DNA of 63,641 bases from an uncultured Bacteroides sp. (GCA_964646395.1 CAZYEM010000001.1:1-63641), one strand, 5' to 3'. Positions 54,802-63,489 are shown, numbered from the stretch's first letter. Numbers and translations are program-made. The notes: generated by a model not told the origin, from the letters alone.

Positions 54802-55651
54802 TGTTTGTGTCCTCCCAAATTCCTAAAGCTCGATAGGATTTTATTAAATAATATTGTTTATTGTTATATTCATATTTCTCAAGAAATTGTGGTTCAAAAC
54901 CAACAACATCTCCTTTTTTTAAATTCACCCCCTCTGGCACAGATAAAACTTTAGCTCTATCTCCTAGTCTTACTTTTGCATTGATTGTATCTACTACACC
55001 CATTTCTTTAATAACATCTTGTGGCAAATCAATATCAATTGGTTCAAGAATAATTCTATTGCCAACTGTTATTAATTCATCATTTTCTACTTTTGCAAAT
55101 ATATCTCTATAATCCGCTTTCCATACACCTTTTGTTCCTGTGTCAACAAGATTTTTAAAGAAAAAAGATTGAGTATTACCAAAGTTAAACTGAGCTTTCC
55201 ATCTACTAATATTATGTTCTGCTCCTTGGCAACCATCAATAAAATTTCCTCTTTTATCATGATAAGTACCTACCCAAATATGAGAAATCTTACCCGGCAT
55301 AGCAACAATCAATAATGATTCTCCTTTGCCATTAGTAAATTTTTGGTAATAAGGACTATCTTTTGTAATCTCAGTAAAATAATCTCCATCGGATTCAAAT
55401 TTTCTTTCAGCTACAACAGAATAATCAAATAACACCTTGTCCCCTTCTTTTAATTTAGAAACAACTTTGCCATCTGTGCCTTTTGGGTTTTTTGGCAAAG
55501 AATATACTTCCCCGACAACAGTTGCGTTCCATTCTGGTCGATACGATCCATCAAGATATAGCTCTAAATCTCCCAATTTTATAGTATCCTGAATTGGCTT
55601 TTCTAGATTAAGAAATATATGATTTATTGGTTTTGCTTTCATAGTTAGCAT
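54785..55651 (-). CDS. hypothetical protein with two GroES-like segments (288 aa)
   Basis: In the N-terminal half, KPINHIFLNLEKP...VVGEVYSLPKN...LKEGDKVLFDY resembles the GroES pattern KPL.DRVLV...G.VVAVG...VKVGD.VLF. In the C-terminal half, NRIILEPIDID...LGDRAKVLSVPEG..LKKGDVVGFE resembles the same pattern. Confidence 0.4.
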   Translation of the reverse strand: MLTMKAKPINHIFLNLEKPIQDTIKLGDLELYLDGSYRPEWNATVVGEVYSLPKNPKGTDGKVVSKLKEGDKVLFDYSVVAERKFESDGDYFTEITKDSPYYQKFTNGKGESLLIVAMPGKISHIWVGTYHDKRGNFIDGCQGAEHNISRWKAQFNFGNTQSFFFKNLVDTGTKGVWKADYRDIFAKVENDELITVGNRIILEPIDIDLPQDVIKEMGVVDTINAKVRLGDRAKVLSVPEGVNLKKGDVVGFEPQFLEKYEYNNKQYYLIKSYRALGIWEDTNNGIQH

Positions 55652-55681
55652 AAAATTAGGTTTTTTATAGTATTTAAATTA

Positions 55682-55711
55682 AAAATGCCCTCATATTTTT
55701 GAAGGCATTTT
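55682..55711 (-). terminator. terminator-like hairpin after the GroES-like gene
   Basis: AAAATGCC (55682-55689) pairs with GGCATTTT (55704-55711), with two extra inner pairs. Both flanks are T/A-rich. Confidence 0.45.
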
Positions 55712-55716
55712 AAAAA

Positions 55717-55977
55717 TTAAACGATTGCGTCAATATAGCCTTCGTCCGGAATTAACCTATAAGGGCTGCCATCGACCTCAATATCTACCCCAACACTGTG
55801 GGCAAACATGATTTTGTGATCAACTTTTACAAGCTCGGCTTCATCGCCAACCGCAACTACAACGCCTGTTGCAAAGTCCTTTTGAACCGATTCGGGTAAA
55901 AATATACCGGCATCGGTTTGTTTTTTCTCTTTATCTACTTTTACTAATACTCTTTTGTTTAGTGGCTTAAAATTCAT
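55717..55977 (-). CDS. groES: co-chaperonin GroES/Gp31-like (86 aa)
   Basis: It aligns along its full length with GroES: FKPLNKRVLVKVDKEKKQTDAGIFLPES...ATGVVVAVGDEAE.VKVDHKIMFAHSVGVDIEVDGSPYRLIPDEGYIDAIV. Confidence 0.75.
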   Translation of the reverse strand: MNFKPLNKRVLVKVDKEKKQTDAGIFLPESVQKDFATGVVVAVGDEAELVKVDHKIMFAHSVGVDIEVDGSPYRLIPDEGYIDAIV

Positions 55978-56262
55978 TTAATTTAATTTTTGTGTTTTTT
56001 TAATATAATCCTTCATTTTTTTTATTGCTTCCTTGTTTTTTGGATCTTTTGTATCTAATCTATACTTGTAATAAACCCCAACATGATTGTATCTTGACTT
56101 AAATGATACCTCCTGCCTTTCAACTGAAGCCCCAAACTTTCTTTCTACACCTCTGCCTATTTCTCTAGGCAAGTTAGTGCATCCAAAGTTATGGAAACCA
56201 TTCATTATTGATAATATTTCCCCTTTTAACAAAGATTGACAAATTGATGCTAATTGTGTCAT
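55978..56262 (-). CDS. hypothetical protein (94 aa)
   Basis: ATG ORF abutting the GroES-like gene. Confidence 0.45.
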   Translation of the reverse strand: MTQLASICQSLLKGEILSIMNGFHNFGCTNLPREIGRGVERKFGASVERQEVSFKSRYNHVGVYYKYRLDTKDPKNKEAIKKMKDYIKKTQKLN

Positions 56263-56265
56263 GAT

Positions 56266-56493
56266 TCATATTTTTGGTTTTTTAAAATAGTTGTGGTCGA
56301 TATTTCCTCCGTCCATTTTGTTGGGCAATACGAGGATGTCTGTGTCGTAAAAGTTCCGCACCATGCCAGATTCGTGCAATATGACCTTCCAAACAGTGTT
56401 AAGTTCTGTTCCGTAATCAATCCAAGCGATTGCTTTTCCGTTACCAAGCGGCGTTTTGACATAAATTATATTTCTTAATTCGTGAATATACAT
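56266..56493 (-). CDS. hypothetical protein (75 aa)
   Basis: I chose this over the two overlapping alternative ORFs because it begins 3 nt after the SSB stop and ends 3 nt before the next start. Confidence 0.4.
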   Translation of the reverse strand: MYIHELRNIIYVKTPLGNGKAIAWIDYGTELNTVWKVILHESGMVRNFYDTDILVLPNKMDGGNIDHNYFKKPKI

Positions 56494-56496
56494 ACA

Positions 56497-56883
56497 TTAC
56501 AACGGGTTTTCGTTTGTTGTTTCAAAACCATTTGGTTGGTTTAAAAAATCATCATTAGAGGCCGGTTTGCTACTTGACAGCAGGGTTAATGATGCTACTC
56601 TTATATTTAGTTGTGGCAACGTTTCGTTATTTTTGTTTGTGTAAGTTTTTGCTTCTGGCATTCCTTCTAAATACACTTGTGTTCCTTTTTTTAAATAAGG
56701 GGCAATAGCTGTTCTATCAGTCCAATAAGCTGCACTTACCCAAATAGACTTGTTTACTTCTAATCCATCTTTGTTTTTGTACTTTTCAGAATGGGCAACA
56801 GAAAAATTAATTACACTTTTGCCGTTTACATTGTTTACTGTGGCATCTTGTCCTAGATGCCCGATTACTTGCATTTTAATCAT
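56497..56883 (-). CDS. ssb: single-stranded DNA-binding protein
   Basis: OB-fold pattern: MQVIGHLGQDATV...INFSVA...WVSAAYW...APYLKKGTQVYLEG...LNIRVASLTLL. The tail is acidic/aromatic (NDDF). Confidence 0.8.
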   Translation of the reverse strand: MIKMQVIGHLGQDATVNNVNGKSVINFSVAHSEKYKNKDGLEVNKSIWVSAAYWTDRTAIAPYLKKGTQVYLEGMPEAKTYTNKNNETLPQLNIRVASLTLLSSSKPASNDDFLNQPNGFETTNENPL

Positions 56884-56900
56884 TGTTTATTGTTTTATAT

Positions 56901-58757
56901 TTAGAAAATTATTTCTTCTCCGTTTTCGTTTTCAAAAGGCACCCACCCTTGCGATGCTTCTTGTCCTGATTCGGTTTTAAATGTCATATTTTTTTCATTC
57001 AAAAGTTTTTGCATAGGATCTGAACCATTAAAAAAGAATCTTCTAGTTTTAAATAACATTTCAAATACAAAAAACCCCTTTTTACCAACTATTTTTTGTC
57101 TACGAATTTTTTTACTATGAAATTCGCAAGTGGGATTTTGAGGATCTGTTTGTCCAAATGGTCTATGATAAACTAAAATATTATCGAGTTTATTATTCCA
57201 TAATGCACCATCGGCAATGTCAAAAACATCAGGACAAGGATAGTTCCCATCTGTTGCTTTTTGCATTTTAACCGGATGTGCGATTATCCAAAAGTAAACA
57301 TTATTTGTTTGCGAAAATCTAGAAAATAAAGATAAAACCCATTCAAGATATTTATCTCTACCACCAAAGTTTTGGTAATTATTTGCTAATTGATTAAATG
57401 GATCAATGTCAACACCATCAACATTTTCCTTTACAATCAATTGTAAAAAAACTTCCATTATATACTGAGGAGTTGGAGTAACATTTTTAGGATAAACATA
57501 AAAAATGTGCTTACAAACAAAGTCGTATGTGTATTCGTAAATTTGTCTTGAAGGTCTATTTGGATTTGCAGGAGTACAATCGCAACCAAGTAAAATTTCT
57601 ACAAAATCGTGATAGTATTCTTCTGGTGGATTATCTTCTGGTGAGAAGGTAGCAAACTTTTCTCCATATAACAAAATTCGCATTGCCTGATACCATTTTT
57701 TCCAAGAAGATTTTCCGTAGTTACCTATACCGGTTAACACAGTTATCTCTCCCTTTTTTGGCTTGAAAGCAAAGTCCATTTCTTTTACGTTAATTCCACT
57801 CACTGCGGCGTAACCTTGCTCATACAATCCAAGTGCTTGCTCTTTTACATCAATTCCATAGATTACATCATTCAATCTTCCATCTTCGTCAATAACACCA
57901 TTTTCTACTTTAACTTCTAACTTAGAAGTCTTATCAACTAAAATTTCTTTATCAAAAGATGCACTGCTAAACCTACCCCTATTTGTTCTATAAGCAGATG
58001 AAATAGCATTATCTGATTCTCTTTTTGTAAACTCTGAATTACTTAAAAATTCATTGTTAATCATTGAATTAGCTGTCAATTCATCAATACCATAACGACA
58101 ACAAGCTGATGCTAATTTAAAAATAAAATTGTTTCTTTCTCCGGTTACAAATGCCTCGTTCTTGTTAGATAACCATGTTAAAAGTTTCTTAAAAATCTTG
58201 TCATCATCATCGGTTTTTTCATAAATAACAATTTTTTCGGTCTTTTTTATGGTTTTAAAAACCTCAGCTTTTTCGTTTATGTAAATATCGGGATCGTAGC
58301 TTTCGTAACATACTCTGCTTGGATTAACCCCACTTTTGTCAATATCGGGGAATATATCCTGCAATGCTTGAAAATGTTCTCTATGCTTACTACCATCTGC
58401 AATTTTAATCAAGGCTTTTAACCCATTACCTGAAGGGCTAACCCAACAAGCGTAAACGAATTTATTGCTGATAATCTCGGTTTGGCGATCTCTTAGTTCA
58501 AAAATGTTGTCAAAATCCAAGACTATGTATCCGCTATGCTGAATCAGGTCAGAATCCTTCCTTTCTGCACCAAATTTTCCAGAAAAACACACAGAGGGCA
58601 AATTCTTCTTTAAATTGGCAGATTTTTCTTTATCGATAGTATTCCTTATCTCGGACACAGATAGGCGACTCTTGCCCTCCCTAATGCGGTTTAAACCATA
58701 TTCTAGAGTTACATAGTTAGGCTCCTTGGAATAAATGTTTTTAAAGATCGTTATCAT
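56901..58757 (-). CDS. primase-helicase (BT4734/VirE-N-like AEP primase domain fused to a P-loop helicase)
   Basis: The N-terminal LPSVCFSGKFGAERKDSDLIQHSGYIVLDFDN is the VirE_N/BT4734 pattern. The Walker A motif is LTGIGNYGKSS. The Walker-B-like motif is VDGVDIDPFN. Confidence 0.75.
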   Translation of the reverse strand: MITIFKNIYSKEPNYVTLEYGLNRIREGKSRLSVSEIRNTIDKEKSANLKKNLPSVCFSGKFGAERKDSDLIQHSGYIVLDFDNIFELRDRQTEIISNKFVYACWVSPSGNGLKALIKIADGSKHREHFQALQDIFPDIDKSGVNPSRVCYESYDPDIYINEKAEVFKTIKKTEKIVIYEKTDDDDKIFKKLLTWLSNKNEAFVTGERNNFIFKLASACCRYGIDELTANSMINNEFLSNSEFTKRESDNAISSAYRTNRGRFSSASFDKEILVDKTSKLEVKVENGVIDEDGRLNDVIYGIDVKEQALGLYEQGYAAVSGINVKEMDFAFKPKKGEITVLTGIGNYGKSSWKKWYQAMRILLYGEKFATFSPEDNPPEEYYHDFVEILLGCDCTPANPNRPSRQIYEYTYDFVCKHIFYVYPKNVTPTPQYIMEVFLQLIVKENVDGVDIDPFNQLANNYQNFGGRDKYLEWVLSLFSRFSQTNNVYFWIIAHPVKMQKATDGNYPCPDVFDIADGALWNNKLDNILVYHRPFGQTDPQNPTCEFHSKKIRRQKIVGKKGFFVFEMLFKTRRFFFNGSDPMQKLLNEKNMTFKTESGQEASQGWVPFENENGEEIIF

Positions 58758-59466
58758 ACTGCTGAATTGGTTTAAATGCTTTTACGGCTTGGTTCACTTT
58801 ATCTTGATACGAATTACTAGTGGTAAGGCTTATTGGTTTTAAAAACGGAATAGTATTTCGTATTTTAGATTTCCATGATTTAATCGGCTTGTTATTCCCG
58901 TCTTTCCAATCATTTTCAACCCATGATAAAAATTTAGATTTTAACGAATACTCATACAAAGAAAAAATCATCCCGTTTTTTATCATATCATCCTTGCAAA
59001 AAGATAGAAACTCATCAATACTTGGTTTACTTTCTTTACTTTCCTTTCCTTTTATTTCCTTTCCTTTCCTTTCCTTTATAGCATTGCTATCGGATTGCGT
59101 TTGCAATGCGTTCGCATCAATTTTATTTTTATTCCATCTAGAATACGCGCTATCTCTAGCTTTTTGGCTTTTGTCTTGTCGGTTATTTATTCTATTTTGC
59201 ACAGATAAACTACCAAAATTATCACCATTAAAAACGAATAAATCAAAGTCGTGTAATACGCTTTTTATAATGTCGCTTTCCGTTCTTAAATCAAATGCAA
59301 TGCCATCGTAATCCAAATGCAATGCGTTCGCATTATTGTATAGTTCTTCCACAATAGCCCAAAAAATACCATACCCCTGCATCCCGTGTTTTCTAATTAG
59401 CTTTTTAATTTTTTCATCATTCCTACTATTGTAGTCATGTGAAAAATAAAATGTGTCCTTTGACAT
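58741..59466 (-). CDS. DUF4373 (Lin1244/Lin1753-like) replication-initiation-type protein
   Basis: FYFSHDYNSRNDEKIKKLIRKHGMQGYGIFWAIVEELY matches the DUF4373 N-terminal signature. It lies upstream of the primase-helicase and overlaps it. Confidence 0.7.
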   Translation of the reverse strand: MSKDTFYFSHDYNSRNDEKIKKLIRKHGMQGYGIFWAIVEELYNNANALHLDYDGIAFDLRTESDIIKSVLHDFDLFVFNGDNFGSLSVQNRINNRQDKSQKARDSAYSRWNKNKIDANALQTQSDSNAIKERKGKEIKGKESKESKPSIDEFLSFCKDDMIKNGMIFSLYEYSLKSKFLSWVENDWKDGNNKPIKSWKSKIRNTIPFLKPISLTTSNSYQDKVNQAVKAFKPIQQYDNDL

Positions 59467-59478
59467 TTTTTAGTTGAG

Positions 59479-59685
59479 TTATAAGTTTTTAAAATCAGTT
59501 CCAAGTACGTTGTTTATCTTGTCTAGATTTTTGTCAGACAAAGAAAAATGCTTCTGTTTAAACACAGAATAAAGAGTTGGATAAGGTATTTGCGTTTTCT
59601 CCGAAAGCCAAGATAAATTCCTCTCTATTTCTTCCAAATGTAATAAAACCGCATCTCTAGCGTCAAGCGTTGTTTCTTTTTCCAT
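59479..59685 (-). CDS. small HTH transcriptional regulator (68 aa), first gene of the leftward block
   Basis: NLSWLSEKTQIPYPTLYSVFKQK is an XRE/Cro-like helix-turn-helix. It faces a divergent promoter region. Confidence 0.55.
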   Translation of the reverse strand: MEKETTLDARDAVLLHLEEIERNLSWLSEKTQIPYPTLYSVFKQKHFSLSDKNLDKINNVLGTDFKNL

Positions 59686-59745
59686 AAATTTTAGTTGTTT
59701 ACAAGAGCAAAGTAAAAGTATTTAATTTAAATTCCAAAAATTTTT

Positions 59746-59775
59746 TTTGTTAAATTATTAAATTAATTATATTTG
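59746..59775 (+). promoter_or_regulatory. Bacteroidota-type promoter for the rightward right-end operon
   Basis: TTTG at 59746-59749, an 18-nt spacer, then TATATTTG at 59768-59775. The ATG at 59779 is only 3 nt downstream, so the transcript may be leaderless. Confidence 0.45.
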
Positions 59776-59778
59776 CCA

Positions 59779-59952
59779 ATGGAAAACAAAGAATTAATCT
59801 ATGAATTAGCCAAAAAACTTGATATGGTAATAGAGGTACATAAGAAAGGGGAGTATCAAGGAAAATATAGATTTATAGGCAATAAATTACATAAACTAAA
59901 AGAAAAACCAGAAAATGTCCCACAAAGAGAAAGCGGTAGAGATTTACACTAA
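59779..59952 (+). CDS. hypothetical small protein (57 aa)
   Basis: Hand-translated as MENKELIYELAKKLDMVIEVHKKGEYQGKYRFIGNKLHKLKEKPENVPQRESGRDLH. It overlaps the next ORF by 38 nt. Confidence 0.3.
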   Translation: MENKELIYELAKKLDMVIEVHKKGEYQGKYRFIGNKLHKLKEKPENVPQRESGRDLH

Positions 59953-60127
59953 GTTTTTTTTAAAATTAAAAAATATCCCATTTGAAGAACGTATAGACAA
60001 AGCAAAATTAGAAGCAGTTAAATATGCTGAAGATAAAATCTATAAATGTAAAGATCCAGATAATCATTTATACTGGGAATATGTAAAAGGATATATTAGT
60101 AAAATTAAAATAAAAAAAACACCATGA
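59915..60127 (+). CDS. hypothetical protein (70 aa)
   Basis: ATG ORF. Its stop overlaps the next start (ATGA). Confidence 0.45.
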   Translation: MSHKEKAVEIYTKFFLKLKNIPFEERIDKAKLEAVKYAEDKIYKCKDPDNHLYWEYVKGYISKIKIKKTP

Positions 60128-60744
60128 AATTAAATTCAAACATTCCAAGTTTTAAAGCATTTGTAAGAAAATCATATTTTACAAAAAATGAAGTTGATGC
60201 TGATGAGTTTTACAATGTATATGTATTTGCTTTACAATCTTGTGCAGGGAAAATAGTTACATTTCATGTTCTTACCGATTCTGGCATGCTAAGAAGCAGA
60301 GTACCTCTATCTGAAATTTACACTAAAATGCCAACAAAAGATATTCCTTATAATTACAAACAATTATGGGATTGTTTTAGTGAAAATGTATCTATAATTG
60401 AATATGATTTTTTAGCATTTCATAGATGTCAAGTTGTTTTAAGAGATAGCACAAAAGTTTGGGCAACATACATTTTTACAATTGATTGGTATAACAACCC
60501 ATATAGCGATGAGCCATCTGATTACAAGTGTGGACATGTTTTAGAGTCTGATGATGGGTACTTGTTATGTATGCCTAATAATAGAATATTTTGGAAAGAT
60601 TCTAATTGGGTAACAAAACAATTGCCAGAAGATTTAAAACAATTTAAGGTTGACACCAATTTAGATTCCGTTGAAAACCAGTCTGACAAATGGGTGGTAG
60701 AAGATACAAATTCTTTTTATTATGATATTAACGAAAATAAATGA
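60124..60744 (+). CDS. hypothetical protein (206 aa)
   Basis: ATG ORF coupled to both neighbours by ATGA overlaps. Confidence 0.55.
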   Translation: MKLNSNIPSFKAFVRKSYFTKNEVDADEFYNVYVFALQSCAGKIVTFHVLTDSGMLRSRVPLSEIYTKMPTKDIPYNYKQLWDCFSENVSIIEYDFLAFHRCQVVLRDSTKVWATYIFTIDWYNNPYSDEPSDYKCGHVLESDDGYLLCMPNNRIFWKDSNWVTKQLPEDLKQFKVDTNLDSVENQSDKWVVEDTNSFYYDINENK

Positions 60745-61289
60745 GAAACTCAACAATAATTGTAAAAAAGAAAAGATGCATTAATTGCAGTAAAATTGAT
60801 TATCATTTTTCAAAAAAAATGTGTAAACAATGCGCCACAATACATAGCACACAAAGGAGAATGGACGCACATGAAGAAGAAGATTTTGAAAGTTTCAAAA
60901 ATTTAACAGAAGATCTTGATCATGTTTTTAGCCAATACATTAGATGCAAATATGCTGATAAAGAAGGTATGGTTGAGTGTTTTACTTCAGGTAAAAAATA
61001 TCATTGGACTAAAATCCAAAATGGGCATTTTATCCCAAGAGCTAATTTAGGCACCAGATGGCTTGAGCAAAACTGTCGCCCGCAGTCTGAAAATGACAAT
61101 GTGTTTTTATCCGGTAATTTGGATGTATATGCTAAAAAATTAGACCAAGAAAGATCTGGGACAGTCGAATACCTTCAAGAATTAGCTAGGCAGGTTGCTA
61201 AACCAACAAAAGACGAGCTTAAAAGCCTAATTATTGAATATAGGGCTAAATTGGACTTGGTTAAAAAGAAATTTTTAAAAATAATTTAA
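60741..61289 (+). CDS. ninG: NinG/Rap-like recombination endonuclease
   Basis: There is an N-terminal CxxC...CxxC pair (CINCSK...CKQCA). FSQYIRCKYADKEGMVECFTSGKKYHWTKIQNGHFIPRANLGTRWLEQNCRPQS matches the NinG pattern (fs..iR.rD...C.tcG....w....aGHf.sR....R....N...QC). Confidence 0.65.
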   Translation: MRNSTIIVKKKRCINCSKIDYHFSKKMCKQCATIHSTQRRMDAHEEEDFESFKNLTEDLDHVFSQYIRCKYADKEGMVECFTSGKKYHWTKIQNGHFIPRANLGTRWLEQNCRPQSENDNVFLSGNLDVYAKKLDQERSGTVEYLQELARQVAKPTKDELKSLIIEYRAKLDLVKKKFLKII

Positions 61290-61345
61290 AAAACACATAA
61301 TTTTACATAGTTCCGTGTTTTTTTTTGGTTAGATTTTAGTTGAAG

Positions 61346-61373
61346 CCCCTGTTATTTATAACGGGGGTTTTTT
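61346..61373 (+). terminator. rho-independent terminator
   Basis: CCCCTGTT (61346-61353), loop ATTTAT, AACGGGGG (61360-61367) forms 8 bp including one G-U pair. TTTTTT follows. Confidence 0.7.
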
Positions 61374-61398
61374 GTAGTTTTAGTCTTAATTTTGAGAT

Positions 61399-62019
61399 AT
61401 GAGATACAATATCCCCGAAGAATATAAGCCTTTTATAACATCAGTAAAAAGACAATGTAAGAAATATGGGATAGAATTAATTTTATCGCCATCAAGGCGC
61501 GTAGTGCTAACAGATGATTATTTGCAAGAATGTAGTGGATATTTTTGTGATACAGACAAAGCGCTTGTGGTTGCTTGTGGGAAACCTTTTGAAGAATGGG
61601 TTGAAATACTTATCCATGAATTTTCACATATGGAACAATGGAAGTCTGACGAAAGGTGGAATGATTGGAATGATAATACAGGCAAAACATGGGATTGGCT
61701 AGCAGGTAATATTATGCTTAATAAAACACAAGTACTTAATATGCTTGACTCTATGGTTGAGCTAGAAAAAGATTGCGAAATAAGAGCTATTGAAAAAATA
61801 AAGAAATGGAATCTTCCAGTTAACCTAACTAGATATGTAAAAAAGGCAAATGTATATTTATACAGTTATCACATGATGCCTATTCTTAAAAGATTTCCTA
61901 CTGGAATATATACTGATAAAACTTTAATAGAAATGGCTCCCAAGGGTTTTAAAAAAACATATAGAAATGTTCCTAAAGATATGTCTGAATATATAATATT
62001 AAATTATTCTAAGAAATAA
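61399..62019 (+). CDS. HExxH-motif protein, putative zinc metallopeptidase-like (206 aa)
   Basis: The only recognisable motif is ILIHEFSHMEQW. Confidence 0.4.
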   Translation: MRYNIPEEYKPFITSVKRQCKKYGIELILSPSRRVVLTDDYLQECSGYFCDTDKALVVACGKPFEEWVEILIHEFSHMEQWKSDERWNDWNDNTGKTWDWLAGNIMLNKTQVLNMLDSMVELEKDCEIRAIEKIKKWNLPVNLTRYVKKANVYLYSYHMMPILKRFPTGIYTDKTLIEMAPKGFKKTYRNVPKDMSEYIILNYSKK

Positions 62020-62991
62020 TTATAAAATTTTATCATTAATAATTCTTTTATTTAGAACTTCAAATTCTCCATTTTTTTCTACCAAGATATGCGCGAATCC
62101 TACATTGTGTTTTGTATTGTGTGGATCATAGTCCGGAGCTAATGTGCATAAGCATCCAACACTCCAACAACTAATCTGTTCTTCTTTTATATTTGTTTCA
62201 GAATGATTTGAAGTAGCGTGAACATGACCAATAATCATTGAGCTTTTAGCTCTCATAAATACGCCTCTTGCAGCGTTTACGGGTGCCATGAATCCTCTCA
62301 CAATTGTGTGGCCATGTAGCATGTGCAACTTACCCGCGCGAACCACTACATGTTGTTCATAAAATTCTACGTTATATTTTTTTAAATCAAGTCTTTGCGG
62401 CAATCTGTAATATTCATCATTAAAAAATACAGGTGCTTTTTTCATTAAGTATCTTACATACCAATTATCATGATTTCCCTCTAGCCAAACTATATGTGCT
62501 TTTGGAAATTTTGTTCTTAAATGCGAAAGAAATATTTCACAATATTCAAACCACTCAACTACATCATCTTTTCCCGGAGGCGGTGCATCATGACTTGTAA
62601 ACGGGGTGTTGTCTAAAATATCTCCTCCCAATACAATACAATTAATTTTATTCTTAACCCCATACTCAATAGCTAACTTAATAGCATCGTTGTCTTGATT
62701 TGGAATGTGAATATCTGATAGCCAAAGAATATTATTAGAACTTGTTGGTAAATCTACAAATGCTCTGTTTTGCATTTTAGATGGAGGCAAATCCGGAGTA
62801 TGTGTAATTTTTATATATTTACTTGACTTTTTTCCGCAAGCACTTGAAACTCCTCTTATTGCAGTCCTTGCGTGTTCTACGCTGTTAAAAATATGTTCAT
62901 GATCATTGTAAAGTTTAGCCGCAATTGAGTGTTTACTAATAGACGGGAATTTTGCTAAATACTCGGCCGCTAGTTGCTGTTTTTGTGTCAT
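62020..62991 (-). CDS. calcineurin-like metallophosphoesterase
   Basis: All five signature blocks are present: LSDIHIP (DxH), GGDILDN (GDxxD), EGNHDNW (GNHD), LHGH and IGHVHAT (GHxH). Confidence 0.8.
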   Translation of the reverse strand: MTQKQQLAAEYLAKFPSISKHSIAAKLYNDHEHIFNSVEHARTAIRGVSSACGKKSSKYIKITHTPDLPPSKMQNRAFVDLPTSSNNILWLSDIHIPNQDNDAIKLAIEYGVKNKINCIVLGGDILDNTPFTSHDAPPPGKDDVVEWFEYCEIFLSHLRTKFPKAHIVWLEGNHDNWYVRYLMKKAPVFFNDEYYRLPQRLDLKKYNVEFYEQHVVVRAGKLHMLHGHTIVRGFMAPVNAARGVFMRAKSSMIIGHVHATSNHSETNIKEEQISCWSVGCLCTLAPDYDPHNTKHNVGFAHILVEKNGEFEVLNKRIINDKIL

Positions 62992-63218
62992 TAAAACATT
63001 TTAATATAAAATTAACAAATTAAATTGCTTTATTGAAAATAAATATCAAAATATTAACATTAAATTAATTTTTACCCCTAAAACCAATTACTACGCCCCA
63101 ATACCCCCATCTAATTGAAATTCCCATAAAATTTGAATTTTTTGATCTTATAAAAGACAAAGATGGAAATAAAAAAAACTCATTTGAATATTTACTTGAA
63201 TGAAAATCATTGAAAAAA

Positions 63219-63473
63219 CTAAACATAACCATATTTTTTTAAAATTTTAGATAATACTGTTTCGTGTTTTGGCGAAATAAGCCCCATTTTAAGACTTTTA
63301 TCAAAATTTGACCTATTGATACCCGCTTGCCTACAAAGTGCCGAAATATTGATTAATTCATGGGTTTTTAACCAATCTACCAAAGTATCCGCTTTGGCAA
63401 CTTCTTGTTTTGGCGACACATCAATTTTTACACTACCGCCAACTTCTTTTTTGTATAAAATCTCTCTTGACAT
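63219..63473 (-). CDS. small HTH DNA-binding protein (84 aa from the ATG at 63473)
   Basis: INISALCRQAGINRSNFDKSLK is HTH-like. The track start at 63500 is a TTG lying inside an operator-like TGGTACCA site, so the ATG at 63473 is preferred. Confidence 0.5.
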   Translation of the reverse strand: MSREILYKKEVGGSVKIDVSPKQEVAKADTLVDWLKTHELINISALCRQAGINRSNFDKSLKMGLISPKHETVLSKILKKYGYV

Positions 63474-63489
63474 ATCTATACCATTTTTT

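Noticed and set aside
56254-56478. Alternative ORFs 56254..56478 (+) and 56259..56462 (-), which overlap 56266..56493.
   Set aside because: Only 56266..56493 fits the spacing of its neighbours: it starts 3 nt after the SSB stop and its stop is 3 nt before the next start. It is also co-oriented with the block.
58820-59311. A 163-aa plus-strand ORF antisense to the DUF4373 gene.
   Set aside because: The minus-strand product carries a clear family signature. The plus-strand product is Leu/Ser/Phe low-complexity.
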